From Candidatus Latescibacterota bacterium (GTDB lineage: Bacteria > Latescibacterota > UBA2968 > UBA8231), in assembly GCA_965200315.1 (NCBI GenBank), contig OZ241362.1:895291-959290 (forward strand): a DNA stretch of 64,000 nt, in the 5' to 3' direction. Of this stretch, positions 37,154 to 55,135 are shown piece after piece. Both the position numbers and the translations under genes were made by a program. How positions within the stretch are numbered: position 1 is the first letter of the stretch; each line of letters starts with the position of its first letter. A model generated the notes under the pieces. That model was not told the DNA's origin and did no database searches. It saw only the letters and a program-made list of their open reading frames with translations.

Positions 37154-37438
37154 CTAGATATTTTCTGCAAATTCAATGGAGTCGCCGGCCTTAAGAGTCA
37201 CGTAAGCTTTTTTCCAACCGGCACGTCGCCCCAAGTACATCCCTTGCCGCTTGGGCTTGCTGGGGACTTTGATGGTGCGGACGGATTCGACTTTGACCGA
37301 AAAAATGGATTCTACTGCCTGGCGGATCTGGAATTTGTTGGCCTTGGGATGGACGCGAAAAGCGTATTTGTTGCCCTCGCGCAACGCTGAGGCTTTTTCG
37401 GTGATCACCGGCTCCTGAATAATCGCTCGTGGGTTCAT
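37154..37438 (-). CDS. rplW: 50S ribosomal protein L23
   Basis: ORF runs to 37459. ATG at 37438 (MNPRAIIQEPVITEKA) avoids overlap with the rplD stop at 37443. Confidence 0.93.
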   Translation of the reverse strand: MNPRAIIQEPVITEKASALREGNKYAFRVHPKANKFQIRQAVESIFSVKVESVRTIKVPSKPKRQGMYLGRRAGWKKAYVTLKAGDSIEFAENI

Positions 37439-37442
37439 CTTC

Positions 37443-38081
37443 TCAGCCCCTTTGGCCATGGGTTTCTACGAGCCTGTCAAAGGCTTGGCGCGTAAATAAA
37501 ACCACGTCCGCTGCCAGCAAATCATACGTAGATAGCGACCCTAGATGAGCCATTTTCACCTTGGGTAGATTGCGGCTTGATTTGATCAATACTGGGGAAC
37601 TTTCCGTAGTAATGAACAGAACCTTCTGGTCTTTGAGGCCACACGCTTCAATAATTTTCTGAAAAGAGCGGGTACTGGGAGCGGGAAAGTCGAATTCGGT
37701 GACGATTTTGATCTGTCCCTCTGTACCTTTAAGGGTGAGTGCCGAGCGGAATGCCAAACGCTTGAGAGACTTGGGCAGCTTAGAAGAATAAGAACGGGGA
37801 CGGGGACCAAAGGCCACCCCACCACCGCGTACCAAAGGCGAGCGCAGTGAACCCCGACGCGCCCAACCCGTGCCTTTCTGGCGGTGGTGCTTCTTGCTCG
37901 TACGGGCTATTTCAGAGCGAGTCTTAGCCGAGGCCGTCCCCTGCCGCTGATTCGCTTGGGTGGTGACAACCGCTCGGTAGAGGGCGTACTCCGAAACCGC
38001 AATGCCGAACAAATCCTCGGGCAATTCCACTGTGTCGTTTGCTTGCCCTTCGCTGTTTAGCACTTCTACCTGCACGCCCAT
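37443..38081 (-). CDS. rplD: 50S ribosomal protein L4
   Basis: HHRQKGTGWARRGSLRSPLVRGGGVAFGPRPRSY. Starts 7 nt after rpsJ ends. Confidence 0.96.
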   Translation of the reverse strand: MGVQVEVLNSEGQANDTVELPEDLFGIAVSEYALYRAVVTTQANQRQGTASAKTRSEIARTSKKHHRQKGTGWARRGSLRSPLVRGGGVAFGPRPRSYSSKLPKSLKRLAFRSALTLKGTEGQIKIVTEFDFPAPSTRSFQKIIEACGLKDQKVLFITTESSPVLIKSSRNLPKVKMAHLGSLSTYDLLAADVVLFTRQAFDRLVETHGQRG

Positions 38082-38088
38082 GGTCCAA

Positions 38089-38397
38089 TCAAACCTTTAT
38101 GTCGATGCCAATGCCCGCAGGCAGATCGAGCTTCATCAGCGCGTCCACGGTTTGCGGCGTTGAATCGTAAATGTCGATGAGCCGCTTGTGGATGCGTGTC
38201 TCAAACTGCTCGCGCGATTTCTTGTCCACGTGCGGGGATCTCAGCACGGTGTACACCGTGCGAGCCGTTGGCAGCGGCACCGGGCCGGCGATGCGGGCCC
38301 CGCTACGCTTGACCGTCTGGACGATTTCGTCCACGGACTTGTCCAACGCCATGTGATCGTATGCTTTGAGGCGAATGCGTATTCTATCGACTGCCAC
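38089..38397 (-). CDS. rpsJ: 30S ribosomal protein S10
   Basis: [17 protein letters not shown]...[15 protein letters not shown]. Confidence 0.97.
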   Translation of the reverse strand: MAVDRIRIRLKAYDHMALDKSVDEIVQTVKRSGARIAGPVPLPTARTVYTVLRSPHVDKKSREQFETRIHKRLIDIYDSTPQTVDALMKLDLPAGIGIDIKV

Positions 38398-38426
38398 TGG
38401 CTCGCATCTCCCTAACGCGGCTTTTC

Positions 38427-39617
38427 CTAATTGGAAACCTCGGTGACGACGCCGGAGCCGATAGTACGACCGCCCTCGCGAATGGCAAAGCGCAGCTGCG
38501 GCTCAATGGCAATCGGCTGGATTAGCTCTACTTCCATGTTGACGTTGTCGCCGGGCATGACCATTTCGGTGCCCTCGGGCAGCGCAATGGTTCCGGTGAC
38601 GTCGGTAGTGCGGAAGAAAAACTGGGGGCGGTAACCGGAGAAAAAGGGCTTTTCGCGGCCACCTTCCTTGGGGGTCAACACCACGACCTCGGCCTTAAAC
38701 TTGGTGTGCGGCTGAACAGAAGCAGGCTTGCAGATGACCATACCACGCATTAGCTCAGCCTTTTCGACGCCGCGCAGCAGCAAGCCGACATTGTCTCCGG
38801 CCTCGCCCTCGTTGAGCAACTTGCGGAACATCTCAACTCCGGTGACCGTGGTCTTGCGCGTCTCCTTGATGCCGACGATATCTACCTCTTCGCCGACTTT
38901 GATCCGACCGCGCTCGACGCGACCAGTGCCAACCGTGCCGCGTCCTTGGATCGTAAACACGTCTTCGACCGGCATCAGGAAGGGCTGATCGATATCGCGC
39001 ACCGGATCGGGAATGAACTCGTCAACGGCACTCATCAATTCGTCAATCGACTGAGTGCCAGTCGGCGAGTCCGTTCCTTCCAGCGCCTCAAGGGCCGAAC
39101 CGCGGATCATCGGGGTATCGTCGCCATCAAAGCCATACTCAGAGAGCAACTCGCGCGTCTCTAGCTCGACCAAATCCAAAAGCTCTTCGTCATCTACTTG
39201 ATCAACCTTGTTGAGATAGACGACAATGCTGGGCACGTTGACTTGGCGGGCCAATAGAATGTGCTCGCGGGTCTGGATCATCGGTCCGTCGGCGGCGCTG
39301 ACGACTAAGACCGCACCATCCATCTGGGCAGCACCGGTAATCATGTTTTTGATATAGTCGGCATGGCCGGGACAATCAACGTGCGCGTAGTGGCGCTTCT
39401 CAGTCTCGTACTCCTGATGGGAGACATTGATCGTCACCCCGCGCGCCTTTTCCTCCGGGGCATTGTCGATTTCATCAACGCCCCTAGCTTCGGCCAAGCC
39501 CTTGTTGGCCAAGTGTAAGGTGATAGCCGCTGTCAAAGTGGTCTTGCCGTGATCGACATGGCCAATGGTCCCGATATTGACGTGCGGTTTGTTGCGCTGA
39601 AATTGTTCCTTAGCCAT
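38427..39617 (-). CDS. tuf: elongation factor Tu
   Basis: [22 protein letters not shown] motifs; 396 aa. Confidence 0.99.
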   Translation of the reverse strand: MAKEQFQRNKPHVNIGTIGHVDHGKTTLTAAITLHLANKGLAEARGVDEIDNAPEEKARGVTINVSHQEYETEKRHYAHVDCPGHADYIKNMITGAAQMDGAVLVVSAADGPMIQTREHILLARQVNVPSIVVYLNKVDQVDDEELLDLVELETRELLSEYGFDGDDTPMIRGSALEALEGTDSPTGTQSIDELMSAVDEFIPDPVRDIDQPFLMPVEDVFTIQGRGTVGTGRVERGRIKVGEEVDIVGIKETRKTTVTGVEMFRKLLNEGEAGDNVGLLLRGVEKAELMRGMVICKPASVQPHTKFKAEVVVLTPKEGGREKPFFSGYRPQFFFRTTDVTGTIALPEGTEMVMPGDNVNMEVELIQPIAIEPQLRFAIREGGRTIGSGVVTEVSN

Positions 39618-39655
39618 TTCTTAAATCCTCTCCTGTTCTGAAAGGCGGTTACCGC

Positions 39656-41734
39656 TTAACCTCGAGTACTGTCGATGATTTGTTCGGTGATGTTGCTTGG
39701 GACGGCTTCGTATTTGGAAAACTGCATGGTAAAAAGCGCCCGTCCTTGGGTTAGCGAACGCAAGCGAGTGGCGTAGCCAAAAGTCTCGCTCAGCGGCACG
39801 AAGGCTTTGACGACTTGGGCATCGGAACGGGGATTGATGCCTTGTATATCGCCGCGGTGCGAATTGAGATCGCCCATTACGTCGCCCAGATATTGATCGG
39901 GGACGACGACCTCCAACTCCATAATCGGCTCCATGAGATAAGGAGATGCCTTCGCGGCACCGTCTTTGAAGGCCATGGATCCGGCGACCTTAAAGGCAAC
40001 TTCCGATGAGTCAACCTCGTGATGCGCCCCATCTACCAGCACGACTTTAACATCTTCGATCGGGTAACCGGCAACAGGACCGGTGCTCATCGCTTCAATA
40101 ATGCCCTCGCGCACTGGATTGATGTATTCCTTGGGAATGGTGCCGCCGACAATTTTCGACTCGAATACCAGCCCACTGCCCGGCTCGCCCGGCTCGATTT
40201 CCAACTCGACGTTCCCGTACTGGCCGCGGCCTCCGGTCTGTCGCACGAACCTACCTGTACTCTCGATGGCCTTGCGCAGCCCTTCTTTGTAGGCCACTTG
40301 GGGCTTGCCGACATTGGCTTCGACCTTGAATTCGCGGAAGAGGCGGTCGAGAAGGATCTCTAAGTGCAATTCGCCCATGCCCGACATGATCGTCTGGCCC
40401 GTCTCGTCGTCGATCTTGATCTGAAAGGTTGGGTCTTCCTCGCTGAGCTTGGACAAGGCAATGTATAGCTGCTCCTGATCCGCCCGCGTCTTTGGCTCAA
40501 TTGCCACGTGGATCACCGGCTCGGCGAATTCGATTTTTTCCAAGACAATGGGATGCTGCTCGTCGCAAAGCGTATCGCCAGTAGTAGTATTTTTGAGGCC
40601 GACCACCGCGACTATGTCCCCGGCATAGGCACGAGATAGCTCGGTGCGGTCATTGGCGTGCATCTCTAGCAAGCGCGCGGTGCGCTCGCGACGCTCAGTC
40701 GTCACATTATAGAGATAAGTGCCCGAGCTTAGCACACCTGAATAGACGCGAACAAAGGTGAGACGCCCGACAAAGGGATCCGTCATAACCTTAAAGGACA
40801 ACCCAGCAAAAGGCGCATCATCGAGGGCAGGACGCTCCGCTTCCGCGCTGGAATGGGGCAGCATACCCTTGACTTCACCGATGTCGGCTGGTGACGGCAG
40901 ATAGTGTAACACCGCGTCAAGCAAGCGCTGGACGCCTTTATACTTATAAGCACTGCCGCACGTTACGGGCACGGCCTTCAGCGCGATGGTGGCTTGGCGC
41001 AACGCGGCTCGGATCTCGTCGGGGTGAATTTCCTCCCCTTCGAGAAATTTTTCGAGCAGCCCATCGTCGAATTCGGCCACCGCCTCAAGAAGCTTTTCGC
41101 GGTATTGCAAGGCTCCCTCCAGTAAATCCGCAGGGATCTCGTCCTCAAAAAACTTGACGCCTTGGCTGGCCTCTTCGTAGGTAATGGCCTTCATCTCGAC
41201 CAAGTCTATCAAGCCGTTAAACGTCTCGCCAACGCCGATGGGCAACTGGACCGGCACAAAATTGCTGTTCAATCGCTCTTGGAGCATGCTGAGTACCTGA
41301 AAAAAATCAGCCCCGTTGCGATCCATTTTGTTGACAAAAGCAATGCGCGGGACGCGGTATTTGTCGGCTTGGCGCCAGACGGTCTCGGACTGCGGCTCAA
41401 CGCCGCCGACCGCGCAGAAAACGCCTATGGCACCGTCGAGCACGCGCAGCGAACGCTCGACCTCGGCAGTAAAATCCACATGGCCGGGCGTGTCGATGAT
41501 GTTGATGCGGTGATTCTTCCACTGGCAAGCAGTAGCGGCAGAGGTTATGGTAATTCCGCGCTCGCGCTCTTGCTCCATCCAGTCCATAGTCGCTGTACCG
41601 TCATGGACCTCCCCCATGCGGGGAACTCGGCCAGTATAGTAGAGGATCCGCTCGGTCGTGGTGGTCTTGCCAGCATCGATGTGAGCTGCAATCCCGATAT
41701 TGCGCGTGTCTTTTTGTGCAAACTGTCGTGCCAT
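39656..41734 (-). CDS. fusA: elongation factor G
   Basis: [24 protein letters not shown] motifs; 692 aa. Confidence 0.99.
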   Translation of the reverse strand: MARQFAQKDTRNIGIAAHIDAGKTTTTERILYYTGRVPRMGEVHDGTATMDWMEQERERGITITSAATACQWKNHRINIIDTPGHVDFTAEVERSLRVLDGAIGVFCAVGGVEPQSETVWRQADKYRVPRIAFVNKMDRNGADFFQVLSMLQERLNSNFVPVQLPIGVGETFNGLIDLVEMKAITYEEASQGVKFFEDEIPADLLEGALQYREKLLEAVAEFDDGLLEKFLEGEEIHPDEIRAALRQATIALKAVPVTCGSAYKYKGVQRLLDAVLHYLPSPADIGEVKGMLPHSSAEAERPALDDAPFAGLSFKVMTDPFVGRLTFVRVYSGVLSSGTYLYNVTTERRERTARLLEMHANDRTELSRAYAGDIVAVVGLKNTTTGDTLCDEQHPIVLEKIEFAEPVIHVAIEPKTRADQEQLYIALSKLSEEDPTFQIKIDDETGQTIMSGMGELHLEILLDRLFREFKVEANVGKPQVAYKEGLRKAIESTGRFVRQTGGRGQYGNVELEIEPGEPGSGLVFESKIVGGTIPKEYINPVREGIIEAMSTGPVAGYPIEDVKVVLVDGAHHEVDSSEVAFKVAGSMAFKDGAAKASPYLMEPIMELEVVVPDQYLGDVMGDLNSHRGDIQGINPRSDAQVVKAFVPLSETFGYATRLRSLTQGRALFTMQFSKYEAVPSNITEQIIDSTRG

Positions 41735-41750
41735 TTGGCTTAGGAACTCC

Positions 41751-42221
41751 CTAAAATCTGTAGTGAGCGAAGGCTTTGTTCGCCTCGGCCATACGGTGGA
41801 CGTCTTCCTTCATTCGCACAGCCCCACCTTCTCCCCTTGACGCAGCGATAAACTCGTTGGCCAACCGCTCGGCCATGGTGCGCTCAGAGCGCTCGCGAGC
41901 GAAGCGAATCAACCAGCGAATCGAACGCGCTGTGCGCTCGTCTGGCCGCATTTCGACCGGCACCTGATACGTTTGACCACCGACTCGACGCGATTTAACC
42001 ATGACGATGGGCTTGGCATTTTCCAGCGCCTTCTGGAAGACATCAATCCCGTCTTGGCCGCTGCGCTCAACGACCAAGTCGATCGAGTCGTAAAATATGC
42101 GCTCGGCCACGCTCTTCTTGCCTTGTTTCATCAGCGAATTTACGAACCTCGCTGCCAAGACATTGTGGAATTTCGGATCCGGCAGCAGCTTGCGCTTGAT
42201 TGCTTTTTTACGCCGCGACAT
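41751..42221 (-). CDS. rpsG: 30S ribosomal protein S7
   Basis: [18 protein letters not shown]...[13 protein letters not shown]. Confidence 0.97.
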   Translation of the reverse strand: MSRRKKAIKRKLLPDPKFHNVLAARFVNSLMKQGKKSVAERIFYDSIDLVVERSGQDGIDVFQKALENAKPIVMVKSRRVGGQTYQVPVEMRPDERTARSIRWLIRFARERSERTMAERLANEFIAASRGEGGAVRMKEDVHRMAEANKAFAHYRF

Positions 42222-42232
42222 TGCTCGTACTC

Positions 42233-42604
<372 letters not shown>

Positions 42605-42655
42605 ACGCTGTTGCTCCTCGTCATTTTGACATTTTGAAATAAATAGCAAGCTCAC

Positions 42656-42684
42656 AAATTAGATATAAATTCTATATCTGTCAA
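42656..42684 (-). promoter_or_regulatory. candidate sigma-70 promoter of the rpsL-rpsG-fusA-tuf block
   Basis: Minus strand reads TTGACA (42684..42679), a 17-nt spacer, then TAATTT, in an AT-rich spacer between rpoC and rpsL. The -10 match is weak. Confidence 0.35.
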
Positions 42685-42686
42685 TA

Positions 42687-46793
<4,107 letters not shown>

Positions 46794-46825
46794 CCCCTTT
46801 GCGCTTTATGCGAATGCTCTGCAAT

Positions 46826-50611
<3,786 letters not shown>

Positions 50612-50647
50612 AGTCCAACTCCTCAATTTGTGGTTTAAGCCAAATGC

Positions 50648-50677
50648 TCATGGAGCTATTGGCCAATAGCTCCATGA
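50648..50677 (-). promoter_or_regulatory. 30-bp perfect palindrome in the rplL-rpoB spacer (attenuator or processing stem candidate)
   Basis: TCATGGAGCTATTGG|CCAATAGCTCCATGA read directly. Only a weak T-run follows on the minus strand. Confidence 0.45.
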
Positions 50678-50735
50678 ATGAGCGCTGCAAAAAAGCAGGT
50701 TATGAACGAATGAGCTACTATATCAGCAGCAGTCC

Positions 50736-51146
50736 CTACTGGAGTTCTACCGTGGCTCCGGCATCCTGCAATCGGCTCTGTATTTCTTCGGCTTCTTCCT
50801 TGGTCGCCCCTTCCTTGACCGGCTTGGGTGCCTCGTCGACGAGCGCCTTGGCCTCTTTCAATCCTAAACTAGTAATCTCGCGGACGACCTTGATAACTTG
50901 GATCTTCTTCTCGCCAGCGCTAGTGAGCACTACGTCAAAGGAATCCTTTTCCTCGGCGGCCTCTTCGCCAGCACCATCGCTGGGCATCGCACCAGCCATC
51001 ATAACCGGTGCTGCGGCCGACACGCCAAACTTGTCTTCGAGGGCTTTGACCAACTCGGCTAGTTCTAGGACCGTCAGGCCGCCGATGGTCTCAATGATTT
51101 CACCTACCTTACTATTGGCGGTGGTGGCAGTGGTTTCTTCGTTCAT
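50736..51146 (-). CDS. rplL: 50S ribosomal protein L7/L12
   Basis: [20 protein letters not shown]...[27 protein letters not shown]. Confidence 0.97.
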   Translation of the reverse strand: MNEETTATTANSKVGEIIETIGGLTVLELAELVKALEDKFGVSAAAPVMMAGAMPSDGAGEEAAEEKDSFDVVLTSAGEKKIQVIKVVREITSLGLKEAKALVDEAPKPVKEGATKEEAEEIQSRLQDAGATVELQ

Positions 51147-51202
51147 GGGATACAGCCTCCTGTATATCCGTATTTGAGTTCGTTAAAAGGGACGAATGGG
51201 AA

Positions 51203-51736
51203 TCAGGCGTTTTCCCCACCTTCTGCCCGTTGCTTCTCGATGGCGGACAATGCGCCGACTAGGCCTCTAAGCAATCCATTCAGGACACCGCTCAACCCGT
51301 AAAGCGGACTCTGGACGCTGGCGGCTACCTTGCCTAGCAATTCTTCCTTAGAGGGCAGCTTAGCCAACGCCTCGACTTTGTCGGCCGCGAGGATTTCACC
51401 CTCCATAAAGCCGGTCTTGATCTGTATCTTCCCGCCATCGTCGACGAAGTCTTGCAGAATTTTGGCCGGTGCGATGGGATCTTCTTTTGAATAGGCCAAG
51501 GCCGTAGGACCGGAGAAATGCTCCTTGAGGCCGGCGATACCCACTTCCTCAACCGCGAGAATGGCCAAGCGATTTTTAATCACTTGGTATTGGACGTCGG
51601 CATCGCGCAGCTTGTTGCGCAGCTCGGTCACTGCAGCTACATCAATACCCGTAAAATCGGCCAAATAAAAGCCCTTGGCCTCGGCCATAATGGCCTTCAA
51701 TTCTTCTACTTTCGCTTCTTTCTCTGCCGTCGCCAT
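51203..51736 (-). CDS. rplJ: 50S ribosomal protein L10
   Basis: Family-typical N-terminus and position between rplA and rplL. Confidence 0.95.
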   Translation of the reverse strand: MATAEKEAKVEELKAIMAEAKGFYLADFTGIDVAAVTELRNKLRDADVQYQVIKNRLAILAVEEVGIAGLKEHFSGPTALAYSKEDPIAPAKILQDFVDDGGKIQIKTGFMEGEILAADKVEALAKLPSKEELLGKVAASVQSPLYGLSGVLNGLLRGLVGALSAIEKQRAEGGENA

Positions 51737-51754
51737 AGTAGTAGGGAGCTTTCT

Positions 51755-52453
51755 TTACGCAGCGAGTTGGGCACGGTCAATCTTGATGCCCGGCCCTACT
51801 GCCGACGAGAGAACTAACTTGCGGATGTACTGCCCTTTTGTCGCAGCCGGCCTAGCGCGCAAAATGGCGTCAGTAAACGCCTGGGCATTTTCGATCAGTG
51901 CCTGATCGGTAAAGGACAGCTTGCCGATGGGGCCTTGGGCGTTGTTGCCGGACTTGCTGTCGGCGCGGTATTCAATGCGGCCGGCCTTGGCCTCGCGGAC
52001 AGCTTGGGCGACCTCGCGCGTTACCGTGCCGGTCTTGGGGTTGGGCATCAATCCTCTCGGCCCCAAGATCCTCCCCAACTTACCTACCTGCCCCATCATA
52101 TCTGGAGAGGCAATGACTAAGTCGAAATCGAGCCAACCGCCCTGGATTTTCTCCGCCATATCGGCCCCGCCGACGAAATCGGCTCCGGCATCTTGGGCTT
52201 CCTGTACTAGCGATCCTTGGGTAATGACTAAGACCCGGAGTTCTTTTCCGGTGCCGTGGGGCAACATCACCGTGCCGCGCAGCGATTGATCGGCCTGGCG
52301 ACCATCGATCCCCAAGTTGCAAGAAAGCTCAACGGTCGGATCGTAGTTACACGCCGGGAATCCCTTGAGAATCTCAAACCCCTCTTCCCACGAATAGGCT
52401 CTGTCGCGGTCGAAAGACGCTAAGGCGTTCCTGTATTTTTTTCCTCTGGCCAT
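51755..52453 (-). CDS. rplA: 50S ribosomal protein L1
   Basis: GTVMLPHGTGKELRVLV...GPRGLMPNPKTGTVT. Confidence 0.97.
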   Translation of the reverse strand: MARGKKYRNALASFDRDRAYSWEEGFEILKGFPACNYDPTVELSCNLGIDGRQADQSLRGTVMLPHGTGKELRVLVITQGSLVQEAQDAGADFVGGADMAEKIQGGWLDFDLVIASPDMMGQVGKLGRILGPRGLMPNPKTGTVTREVAQAVREAKAGRIEYRADSKSGNNAQGPIGKLSFTDQALIENAQAFTDAILRARPAATKGQYIRKLVLSSAVGPGIKIDRAQLAA

Positions 52454-52490
52454 GTCTTGAACCTCTTATGAGGGTTACAATGCAAAGCAA

Positions 52491-52913
52491 CTACTCGATC
52501 AAGAGCCCCATACTGCGGGCCGTTCCGGCGATCATCGACATCGCGGCTTCCATTGAGGCCGCGTTCAAATCGGGCATTTTCAATTCGGCGATTTCGCGCA
52601 CTTGATCCGGAGATACAACGCCGATGTGATCTCGGTTGGGTACGCCCGACCCCTTGTCTTTTCCAGCAGCCCGCAACAGCAGCACCGCAGCCGGCGGCGT
52701 CTTGGTGATAAATGAAAACGTGCGGTCGGCGTACACCGTAATGATTACGGGAATGATCAACCCCTGCTGATCTTGGGTCTGGGCATTGAAGGTCTTGCAG
52801 AATTCCATGATGTTGACGCCGTGTTGACCCAGCGCCGGCCCAACGGGCGGCGTGGGATTCGCCTGACCGGCTGGAACCTGCAACTTGATTTGGGCTATTT
52901 CCTTTTTAGCCAT
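52491..52913 (-). CDS. rplK: 50S ribosomal protein L11
   Basis: [35 protein letters not shown]. Confidence 0.97.
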   Translation of the reverse strand: MAKKEIAQIKLQVPAGQANPTPPVGPALGQHGVNIMEFCKTFNAQTQDQQGLIIPVIITVYADRTFSFITKTPPAAVLLLRAAGKDKGSGVPNRDHIGVVSPDQVREIAELKMPDLNAASMEAAMSMIAGTARSMGLLIE

Positions 52914-52934
52914 TTATTTTTGTCCCTCTGAAAA

Positions 52935-53480
52935 TCAGCCGACCGCCTCTTGAACCGGCTCGACCTGTAACACGTCCAATTCCACCGATGTACCGCGCCC
53001 GAAGATGCTCACCATGATTTTCAACCTGCGTTTCTCCGGCAGTACCTCTTGTACGGTGCCGATAAAATCCTTGAACGCGCCATCGTTGACCTTGACTTGA
53101 TCGTCAACGGAAAAGGGAATCTCCTCGACCTCTTGGTCTTTGCGGCGATCGACGTGCCCTAATATGCGGTCAATTTCCTCCTGCCGCAGCGGTTGCGGCT
53201 TGCGCGCTGGGCCGACGAAGTTGGTCACCCCGGGAATGTTGGTCACCTGATACCAAGCGTCCTTGGACATTTCCATTTCCACTAGTACATAACTAGGCAA
53301 AAACCGCTTCCTAGTCTTGGTTTTCTTGCCGGCGCGGAGTTCGACCACTTCCTCGGTCGGCACGACGGCTCGGGCAATCGCACCGTTGGCAGCCCCCGAC
53401 TCAATGAGCGACTCCAAGTAGGTCTTTACTTTATTTTCGTGCCCCGAATACGTATGTAGAGCATACCAGCACTGTGCCAT
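52935..53480 (-). CDS. nusG: transcription termination/antitermination factor NusG
   Basis: WYALHTYSGHENKV... plus a C-terminal KOW domain. Confidence 0.96.
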   Translation of the reverse strand: MAQCWYALHTYSGHENKVKTYLESLIESGAANGAIARAVVPTEEVVELRAGKKTKTRKRFLPSYVLVEMEMSKDAWYQVTNIPGVTNFVGPARKPQPLRQEEIDRILGHVDRRKDQEVEEIPFSVDDQVKVNDGAFKDFIGTVQEVLPEKRRLKIMVSIFGRGTSVELDVLQVEPVQEAVG

Positions 53481-53532
53481 AACTTCAATCCGGTGTTAGC
53501 TCCCATTTGCCGAGCATAAATCATAAATAAGG

Positions 53533-53563
53533 AAAAGAAGCGATGCACATTGCGTACCGCTTC
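53533..53563 (-). terminator. weak hairpin plus T-run between secE and nusG (attenuator candidate)
   Basis: Minus strand reads GAAGCG-N15-CGCTTC followed by TTTTCC. The stem is short and the loop large. Confidence 0.3.
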
Positions 53564-53586
53564 CCTTAGATACGCCCCAGCGGGCA

Positions 53587-53775
53587 TTACTGACCTAGAA
53601 GTATTCCCCAAACAAAAGAGATAATCAGGTCGAATATGCCAATAAAAACCGCAAAAATCGCCGAAAAAACTAATACCACCCCGGTGGAACTGACCAAATC
53701 TTCGCGAGTAGGCCAACTCACTTTGGAAAATTCGGTCCGCACATCTTTGATGAAATTAGTAAGTTTATTCCACAT
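53587..53775 (-). CDS. secE: preprotein translocase subunit SecE
   Basis: 62 aa, EFSKVSWPTREDL plus a single TM. Position before nusG. Confidence 0.93.
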   Translation of the reverse strand: MWNKLTNFIKDVRTEFSKVSWPTREDLVSSTGVVLVFSAIFAVFIGIFDLIISFVWGILLGQ

Positions 53776-53797
53776 CCCGTTCCCTAATGCAGAAGCC

Positions 53798-53873
53798 TGG
53801 CAGGGCAGACAGGACTTGAACCTGCAACCGCCGGTTTTGGAGACCGGTGCTCTACCAATTGAGCTACTGCCCT
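53798..53873 (-). tRNA. tRNA-Trp (anticodon CCA), CCA end encoded
   Basis: Reverse complement is AGGGCAGTAGCTCAATTGGTAGAGCACCGGTCTCCAAAACCGGCGGTTGCAGGTTCAAGTCCTGTCTGCCCTGCCA. It folds as a cloverleaf with anticodon loop CTCCAAA. Confidence 0.93.
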
Positions 53874-53877
53874 ATGC

Positions 53878-54030
53878 CTAGCGGGCTTCTTTGTGAGCCG
53901 TGTGCTTGTGGCAAAAACGGCAATACTTTTTGTACTCCACGCGGCTTGGCTGGTTTCGTCTATTTTTGGTCGTCGTGTAATTTTGCTGGCTGCACACTTC
54001 GCACTCCAGCGTTATTTGATCTCTTGGCAT
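53878..54030 (-). CDS. rpmG: 50S ribosomal protein L33 (4-Cys zinc form)
   Basis: Not in the ORF track (50 aa). My translation is [50 protein letters not shown]. Confidence 0.9.
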   Translation of the reverse strand: MPRDQITLECEVCSQQNYTTTKNRRNQPSRVEYKKYCRFCHKHTAHKEAR

Positions 54031-54069
54031 CAGAACTTGTCGCGTTTAGATGGAAACACTGTAGGAAAG

Positions 54070-54135
<66 letters not shown>

Positions 54136-54139
54136 AAAG

Positions 54140-54215
<76 letters not shown>

Positions 54216-54234
54216 TGCAATTGTTTTGGCGATC

Positions 54235-54311
54235 TGGAGCGGGAAACGGGACTCGAACCCGCGACCCCGAGCTTGGAAGGCTCGCGCTCTAGCCAACTGA
54301 GCTATTCCCGC
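54235..54311 (-). tRNA. tRNA-Gly (anticodon TCC), CCA end encoded
   Basis: Reverse complement is GCGGGAATAGCTCAGTTGGCTAGAGCGCGAGCCTTCCAAGCTCGGGGTCGCGGGTTCGAGTCCCGTTTCCCGCTCCA. Anticodon loop CTTCCAA. Confidence 0.93.
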
Positions 54312-54350
54312 TCGAACCGGATCAATGCCCGTTTAATCCACAGAACGTTA

Positions 54351-54379
54351 AAAGTATGACAGCTTTTTTAATATGTCAA
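54351..54379 (-). promoter_or_regulatory. candidate sigma-70 promoter for the tRNA-rpmG-secE-nusG... array
   Basis: Minus strand reads TTGACA (54379..54374), an A-rich 17-nt spacer, then TACTTT. An alternative is TGTCATACT as an extended -10. Lies ~40 nt upstream of tRNA-Gly. Confidence 0.45.
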
Positions 54380-54412
54380 GAAGAGGACTCGGCGCGAACC
54401 CAAAACCCGAAA

Positions 54413-54442
54413 CTCCCGGAGAGACGCGGGCCTTTCCGGGAG
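54413..54442 (-). terminator. candidate terminator after greA
   Basis: Minus strand reads CTCCCGGA-N14-TCCGGGAG followed by TTTCGGGTTTTGGG. Confidence 0.45.
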
Positions 54443-54466
54443 TCGTCAAGTAAACTGCACCTGTGC

Positions 54467-54937
54467 TCAGCGCGTGATCTTGACAATCCTGTAATGCAGC
54501 TTGCCAACGGGCACTTCAATCTCGATTTCTTCTCCTTCTTGGTGTCCGAGCAACCCCTTGCCTATCGGCGAAACCGTGGAGATCTTCCCCACTTCAAAAT
54601 CCGCTTCCTCGGGAGCGACGAGCGTGTACGTAAGCTGTCGCGCCTGCGCGAGGTCTTCTAGCTCCACGGTGGCACCGATATAGACCTTGTCTTCTGGGAT
54701 CGCCTCGTTTTCTAGCAGGCGGGCCCGGCTGAGTGTCTCTTCGAGCTTGCCGATGCGCTGCTCTAGGAAGAGCAACCTTTCTTTGGCCGCCGAATACTCG
54801 GCGTTTTCGGATAGGTCGCCAAACTCCCGCGCCCGCTGCAGCTCTTGGCGCACTGCTGGACGTTCGGTCTCCTTGAGTCCCTTCAACTCGCCCTGAAGTT
54901 TTTCGTAGCCTTCGCGCGAAAGATATATTTCACTCAT
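54467..54937 (-). CDS. greA: transcription elongation factor GreA
   Basis: ORF runs to 55051. ATG at 54937 gives MSEIYLSREGYEKLQGELKGLKETERPAV...GDLSENAEYSAAKE (156 aa). Confidence 0.95.
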   Translation of the reverse strand: MSEIYLSREGYEKLQGELKGLKETERPAVRQELQRAREFGDLSENAEYSAAKERLLFLEQRIGKLEETLSRARLLENEAIPEDKVYIGATVELEDLAQARQLTYTLVAPEEADFEVGKISTVSPIGKGLLGHQEGEEIEIEVPVGKLHYRIVKITR

Positions 54938-54979
54938 TACCAAGCCTCTAGGGAGAGAACAACATGCGTTATTTAACAC

Positions 54980-55009
54980 AAAAAGCGGAAGCGATAGTGC
55001 GCTTCCGCT
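54980..55009 (-). terminator. intrinsic terminator inside the greA leader
   Basis: Perfect 10-bp stem AGCGGAAGCG/CGCTTCCGCT with a 6-nt loop. Followed on the minus strand by TTTTGTGTT. About 45 nt upstream of the greA ATG. Confidence 0.65.
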
Positions 55010-55022
55010 ACTTAGGAGAGCT

Positions 55023-55051
55023 AATGTAATAAAAACGGTGCCGAGGTGCAA
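55023..55051 (-). promoter_or_regulatory. candidate greA promoter
   Basis: Minus strand reads TTGCAC (55051..55046), a 17-nt spacer, then TACATT (55028..55023), just upstream of the leader hairpin. Confidence 0.4.
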
Positions 55052-55135
55052 GCAAGCTACGGGACTTGCCCAAGTCCGCTACCCTCTCTATTAATAAATT
55101 GACAGACCGAACCATCTCTTCCCAAACAACGTCTC

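Noticed and set aside
42605-42655. 17-codon N-terminal extension of rpsL in the ORF track ([17 protein letters not shown]...)
   Set aside because: The 42655 start is a GTG lying inside the AT-rich promoter-like spacer. S12 homology begins at PTVSQLVRK, and a TTG with GAGGAG 9 nt upstream sits exactly there.
53426-53716. 96-aa ORF spanning the secE-nusG spacer
   Set aside because: It overlaps secE out of frame and the nusG start, and has no RBS or homology. The spacer is better explained as a regulatory or terminator region.
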